Source of the DNA: Candidatus Vampirococcus lugosii
GTDB lineage: Bacteria > Patescibacteriota > Gracilibacteria > Absconditabacterales > Absconditicoccaceae
Length of the DNA stretch: 12,344 nt
Direction of reading: 5' to 3'
Assembly (NCBI RefSeq): GCF_018420025.1
Contig: NZ_JAEDAM010000029.1
Coordinates: forward strand, 1 to 12,344
Shown: one piece after another, positions 8,024 through 12,344 of the stretch
How positions within the stretch are numbered: position 1 is the stretch's first letter
Layout of the letters: the number at the start of each line of letters is the position of its first letter
Notes under the pieces: model-generated
The model's input: only the letters and a program-made list of their open reading frames with translations
What the model was told of the DNA's origin: nothing
Databases searched by the model: none
Translations under genes and position numbers: made by a program

Positions 8024-10513
8024 ATGAAAACTAATATTAAATGTCCAGAGTGTCAAAATAGTTTTGAAATACAAGAGAATAAATTAGAAAAAGACATAGA
8101 ATGTCCTCATTGTTATAATGTTTTTTCTCCCAAAATGCAAGATAAAAATGAAATTTATCAAAAAAATAAAGAGTTTAAACCATATAAATCAAGTTATATT
8201 ATTTTTAATTCTTTTTTGTTATGGCTATGAATTTTGTCTGCAATTATTTCTCTTTTCTTAATATTTTTTTTAGGAAAAGTTTTTGCTATATTGTTTATTG
8301 TTTCTTTTATAATATGAGCAATAGGTTTTTGGTTGGTAAATATAATGTATGATAAAGAAAGATATTTAATAAAAGATAATGAAATTATTTATTGATATTG
8401 AACATTATTTCAAGATAATGAAGTAAAATTAAATTTTAAAAAAATAGTGCAAGTAAAAACTACTTTATGATTTTTTCAATGGAATATTTTTGGTACTTGA
8501 ACTGTTATTATAAAATCTGCATGAAGTGGTACTACAAATGTAAATATATATAATGTAAAAAATCCACTTCAATTACATAATTTAATACATTCTGTTATGA
8601 AAGAAAATGGATTCAATCTTTCAAAAGAAAAATTAGTTCAGGAAGCTAAACCACATACTTTATGAGTTATATTAGATATTTTAGGTAAATATTTGTGAAT
8701 TATAATATTTATTCTTGTACCATTAATTCCAGCAATATTAGATATAGATAATCAAGTAAATTTAATAATAAATTTATGATTTATTTTAATTTTATTACTT
8801 ACAGTTATTATACCTACAATATTTTTGTATTTGGATACGAAAAGAAGATATTATAGAGTTTTTACTGATGCAGTATATTTTACTGATTGATTTTTGACTA
8901 GAAGATATAGTTTTATTCCTTTTGAAAACATTTCTGATGTTGCTAATGATCAAAATTTTTTGGAAAAAATATTTGGTATTCATGATGTAAGATTAAGTTG
9001 ACAATGAAGTAATAATCAATTTATATTCAAAAATATTCTTTATTGAGAAATTATGATGGAGAATATAAGATATCTTAAAGATAAAACTATTTTATCAACT
9101 AGTTCTCAAAAAAATAATTTTGAACAAAAAGAAAAATCTTGAAATCTTGTTGAAGAAAATTGAAATATTGATAATGAAATAGATGAACAAATATGATATA
9201 AAAATTACTTGGAAGAAGCTTTGGATTATGATAAATCTTTTGAAGCAAGATATAAAATGGATATGTTGAAAAGTATTGCATCTACTATTCCATTTATTAT
9301 TATTCCTCCTGTATTTATAATACTTTTAATTTACAAAATAATAATTGTAAAATCATATGATTTTGTAGTAAAAAAAGATAGTATAGAAAGTCAATTTAGT
9401 TTTCTTAGCAATAAACAAGATATTTTTAGTATAGAAAGAATTACAAAACTTAATTTTGAAGAAAGTTTAATAGATAAATTATTTTGAACTTGTAGTATAA
9501 GATTTAGTTCAATTTGATCTTGATATGATATTGTTTTTAGAGACATAAAAAAAACAGAAAATTTATATCAAAATATTAAAAATAAATTATGACTTAAAGA
9601 AGATAATTTATTGAAAAAATTTGATATAAATTTTAATATAATTGAATATATTAAATCAGAAATATTAACAGTTATTACTTTTGTATCAATATTTATACCT
9701 TTAAGTATATTTTTAATTTTTTTTACTTATAGAATAGAAATATTTTTTTCTGTATTAATTTTATTTATTTTGATATTTCTTATCAAAATATTTTATCTTA
9801 AATATTATTATTCTTCAGATTGGTATTATCACAATATGTACAAAAATATGATTGAATCTATTAATTGAATAATTATTCAAAAAAAATCTTATTCATTGAT
9901 AAGATATTTAAAATGAATTAAAATAAAAAAATATCCATTTACTAATACTTGAAGTATTTATATTAATGTTGCTTGAGAACAAGTAATAAATACAAATAAC
10001 TGAAATTATGTAAAATCAAATTATATACAGATAGATTTTATTAAAAATGTTTTTGAAAAACTTAATCAAATTGATCAATTATTATCAGTAAATAAATTAG
10101 ATACTACTGAATTAAAAAATGATAAACCTTGTATATATAATTCATTAGTTCCTTTATTTATAGTTTTATTTATTTTGTGTGCTGTTTTAATGTTGCTTGA
10201 TTTAATATTATGAATTTTATGATTAATTATTTCAATGATTATAATATTTTTGATACGATGGTATATTAAAATACAATTTTTTAGTATTCAAAAAGATAGA
10301 GTATTATATAGTTATTGAATAATATATAAAAAATATCATAGTATTAGATTAGATAGAATAGATTTTGTTGAATCATATCAATGATTAATAAATAAAATAT
10401 TTAAGAATTGAAATGTTTATATATATACTATATGAAGTTCAAAAACAGAAATGACTGTCAATAATATTGATGATTATCAAGAATTTTATCAAAAATTAAA
10501 GGATTATAAATAA
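8024..10513 (+). CDS. 829-aa polytopic membrane protein: an N-terminal MJ0042-type CxxC...CxxC zinc ribbon followed by five repeated modules, each a TM segment plus a bPH_2/DUF304 (YdbS/YdbT-like bacterial PH) domain.
   Basis: ATG at 8024 and TAA at 10511-10513. I checked 8222-9209 codon by codon and read the rest sequentially; no TAA/TAG. The track ORFs 8024..8230, 9209..9487 and 9611..9868 are all fragments in this frame. The zinc ribbon is MKTNIKCPEC...IECPHC (8042-8113). Five modules each pair a hydrophobic stretch with a ~70-aa soluble domain ending in a Gly-rich strand: IIKSAGSG (8516-8530), VRLSGQGS (8996-9010), IRFSSIGSG (9509-9523), YINVAGE (9968-9979) and YIYTIGSS (10427-10441). Module 2 reads YRVFTDAVYFTDGFLTRRYSFIPFENISDVANDQNFLEKIFGIHDVRLSGQGS, which fits the DUF304/bPH_2 consensus well. 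Confidence 0.85.
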
Positions 10514-10559
10514 TAAATTATGAGTTATTTAATAAATTAATAATTTAAACCAAAATACT

Positions 10560-11678
10560 ATGTTAAAAATTCAAAAACTGAAATTACAAAATATAGATAA
10601 TACTGCTGAAAATATTGAAATAATATGAAAACTTTTTCCACAAGTAATTACTGAAAAAGAAGATGAAAATTGAAAAATAATTAAAGCAATAGATTTTGAT
10701 TTATTAAAACAAGTACTTTCCAAAGATTTGGTAGAAGATAATAATGAAAGATATCAATTAAACCGACCTTGAAAAAAAGCAAGTATTCTCAAAGCTAATA
10801 CTCCTATAAACAAAACTTTAAGACCTGCACCAGATGAAAGTGTAAATTTTGATAATACTGAAAATCTTTATATTGAATGAGATAATTTTGAAGTATTAAA
10901 AATTTTACAAGAATCATATTTATGAAAAGTTAAGATGATTTATATAGATCCACCATACAATACTGGTCAAGATTTTGTTTACAAAGATAATTTCAAAAAA
11001 TCAAAAGATGATTATGAAGATGATTTATGAGTAGAAGATGAAGAGTGATGAAAGTTATTTAAAAATACAGATACTAATTGAAGATTTCATAGTGATTGGC
11101 TAAGTATGATGTATGAAAGACTAGTTGTTGCTAGAGATTTATTAAAAGATGATTGAGTTATTTTTATGAGTATAGATGATAATGAAGTTCATAATCTAAG
11201 AAAAATTGCTGATGAGATTTTTGGAGAGGAGAATTGTGCATGAGTTATAACTATTTTAAAATGAAATGCACAAAATGATGCTGAAAATATACAAGTTAAT
11301 CATGAATATGTTTTATGTTATATTAAAAATAATATTAAAATAAGAAATATAAAATCTGAAAAAATTTTAGTTTTCAAAGATCAAAAATGATATTATTATA
11401 AATGAAGTTGAATAACAACTGGATGAGAATGATGAACATTAAAATCAAGACCTAATTTAGGTTGGACACTATATTATAATCCAACTACTTGAGATAAAAT
11501 AATTAAAAATGATTATAATAAAGAATTAATAAATACAAGTAATGATGAAGAAATTATATATGAAAACGACAATATATTATTACAAAAATGATATAGAATT
11601 ATTAGAGCCCCTAAAAAAATGAAATGAATTATGATGTTGGACTTGGCAATTTTCAAAAGCAAAAGATGAGCTTTATAA
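10560..11678 (+). CDS. mod: Beta-class N6-adenine DNA methyltransferase (type III Mod-like), fragment 1 of 2: N-terminal region, catalytic motif IV and most of the target-recognition region. The frame ends at a TAA 57 nt after an A7 tract.
   Basis: ATG at 10560. The sequence ...TENLYIEGDNFEVLKILQESYLGKVKMIYIDPPYNTGQDFVYKDNF contains DPPY at 10947-10958. It continues GRFHSDWLSMMYERLVVARDLLKDDGVIFMSIDDNEVHNLRKIADEIFGEEN. The conserved Gly of KDDGVIF is TGA at 11154-11156, while the conserved Trp of HSDWL is TGG at 11097-11099. RPNLGWTLYYNPTTGDKI is typical of this family. The frame-0 stop is TAA at 11676-11678. Confidence 0.9.
11613..11619 (+). repeat. A7 homopolymer at the exact point where the methyltransferase reading frame switches.
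   Basis: The sequence is gcc cct aaaaaaa tga aat gaa. With 7 A the upstream frame runs into ...MKGIMMLDLAIFKSKRGAL* and stops. With 6 A it reads APKK-GNELGCWTWQFSKAKDEL..., joining the two family-typical halves. Confidence 0.9.
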
Positions 11679-12344
11679 TTTATGAATAACCGATAGTTTT
11701 AATATTTATAAAAAAGAATATATAAATGAAAAATATGTTATAAAGGAAAATGATAAATTATATTTTATAAAAAATAAAGAATTTCCTATTAAATCTTTTA
11801 TTGAGATAAAAAGTTGAACTTGAACAACTAACTTAAAAGAATTGTTTAATAAATGAAAAGTATTTGATTATTCAAAAAATGAAAAAATGATTTTTGAATT
11901 AATATCTAGAGTAGAAATGAATAAAAACGACATAATCCTAGATTTCTTTTCTTGATCAGCAACAACAGCACATGCAGTAATGCAACTAAATGCAGAAGAT
12001 GATTGAAATAGAAAATTTATTATGGTACAAATTCCTGAAGCTACTGATGAAAAATCTGAAGCATACAAAGCTTGATACAAAAATATTTGTGAAATATGAA
12101 AAGAAAGAATTAGAAGAGCTGGGAAGAAAATATTGGAGGAGATGAAAGGACAAGATCTCTCGGCAAGCTCAAGATGACAAGAGTCTGTCATTTCGACCGA
12201 AACGAAGTGAAGTGGAGAAATCTCAAAACAAGATCCCTCGACTTCGCTCGAGATGACACAAGAAGAGAAATCTTTAGACATTTGATTTAGAGTTTACAAA
12301 GTAGATTCTAGTAATATAAAAGATGTTTATTTTCATCCAAATGA
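11620..12344 (+). CDS. mod: Beta-class N6-adenine DNA methyltransferase (type III Mod-like), fragment 2 of 2, in the +1 frame. It contains the AdoMet-binding motif I and the C-terminal region, and continues beyond the right edge.
   Basis: This frame (positions congruent to 1 mod 3) is open from 11533 to the end of the window. A gene caller would probably start it at ATG 11542. It reads GNELGCWTWQFSKAKDELYNLGI...TNLKELFNKGKVFDYSKNEKMIFELISRVEMNKNDIILDFFSGSATTAHAVMQLNAEDDGNRKFIMVQIPE (motif I, DFFSGSATT, at 11941-11970) ...ICEIGKERIRRAGKKILEE...LDIGFRVYKVDSSNIKD. Motif IV lies before motif I, which is the beta permutation seen in type III Mod and some type II enzymes. Confidence 0.88.
12153..12258. 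repeat. Locally GC-rich composite element made of three related ~27-38-nt units in direct / inverted / direct orientation, embedded in frame in the methyltransferase linker. Possibly a miniature palindromic or mobile-like element.
   Basis: Unit A is agatctctcggcaagctcaagatgaca (12153-12179). Unit B is tgtcatttcgaccgaaacgaagtgaagtggagaaatct (12186-12223), whose reverse complement is agatttctccac...tcgaaatgaca. Unit C is agatccctcgacttcgctcgagatgaca (12231-12258). A and C are roughly 80% identical. The 3' end of A is complementary to the 5' end of B at 9 of 11 positions, and the 3' end of B to the 5' end of C at 9 of 12. The element is translated in frame as QDLSASSRGQESVISTETKGSGEISKQDPSTSLEMTQ. 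The lack of stops on the opposite strand creates the spurious 137-aa track ORF 11868..12281. Confidence 0.65.

Noticed and set aside
8795-9281. Two minus-strand track ORFs (8795..8983 and 9099..9281) inside the bPH-repeat gene.
   Set aside because: They are antisense to a verified continuous 830-codon plus-strand frame. They are low-complexity and have no start context or motifs.
11868-12281. A 137-aa minus-strand ORF (MSKDFSSCVISSEVEGSCFEISPLHFVSVEMTD...), one of the longest in the standard-code track.
   Set aside because: It is antisense to the methyltransferase motif I region (DFFSGSATTAHAVMQLNAED...). It stays open only because the GC-rich repeat element and neighbouring sequence lack stops on that strand. 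It is an artefact of the element, not a gene.
1-12344. The alternative explanation that TGA encodes tryptophan (table 4, Mycoplasma/Spiroplasma-like), which would also open these frames.
   Set aside because: TGA falls on invariant glycines: Walker A GxxGxGKT, VGEIRD, HELGH, NAFAxxGG, KDDGVIF and GDTLW-preceding SG. Reading these as Trp would destroy the motifs (for example GGTWSWKTT). The conserved Trp positions I can identify (HSDWL in Mod, GDTLW in LysM) are encoded by TGG.
1-12344. A search for tRNA, rRNA, CRISPR repeats, transposase or integrase genes and terminal inverted repeats of IS elements.
   Set aside because: I found no T-loop or acceptor-like tRNA signatures, no rRNA-like GC-rich conserved blocks, no regularly spaced direct repeats, and no DDE or tyrosine-recombinase-like ORFs in any table-25 frame I read. 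The only mobile-like signal is the miniature GC-rich element at 12153-12258.

Overview
Very AT-rich bacterial DNA whose genes only become visible when TGA is read as glycine (NCBI table 25, the code of Gracilibacteria/BD1-5 and Absconditabacteria/SR1 in the Candidate Phyla Radiation). The supplied standard-code ORF track is therefore misleading. Its short ORFs are either fragments of much longer genes or off-frame or antisense artefacts. I re-read the window by hand, checking every in-frame triplet for TAA/TAG, and found eight tightly packed genes. On the minus strand, reading from 6351 down to 1, there is a co-oriented block of four: a 589-aa protein ending in a LysM domain, a compact GspE/PilB/ComGA-family secretion/pilus ATPase, a membrane-anchored HExxH zinc metallopeptidase, and a large secreted cysteine-rich protein that runs off the left edge. 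A 488-bp intergenic region follows. After it come a small putative membrane protein (+), an M48 zinc metalloprotease (-), an 829-aa membrane protein with an N-terminal zinc ribbon and five repeated bPH_2/DUF304-like modules (+), and a beta-class (type III Mod-like) N6-adenine DNA methyltransferase (+) that runs off the right edge. The methyltransferase has two oddities. Its frame is broken at an A7 homopolymer; removing one A restores it. It also carries a locally GC-rich, roughly 106-bp three-unit inverted-repeat element inserted in frame in a linker. I saw no rRNA, tRNA, CRISPR array or transposase. All domain calls rest on motifs I recognised by eye; no database search was possible.
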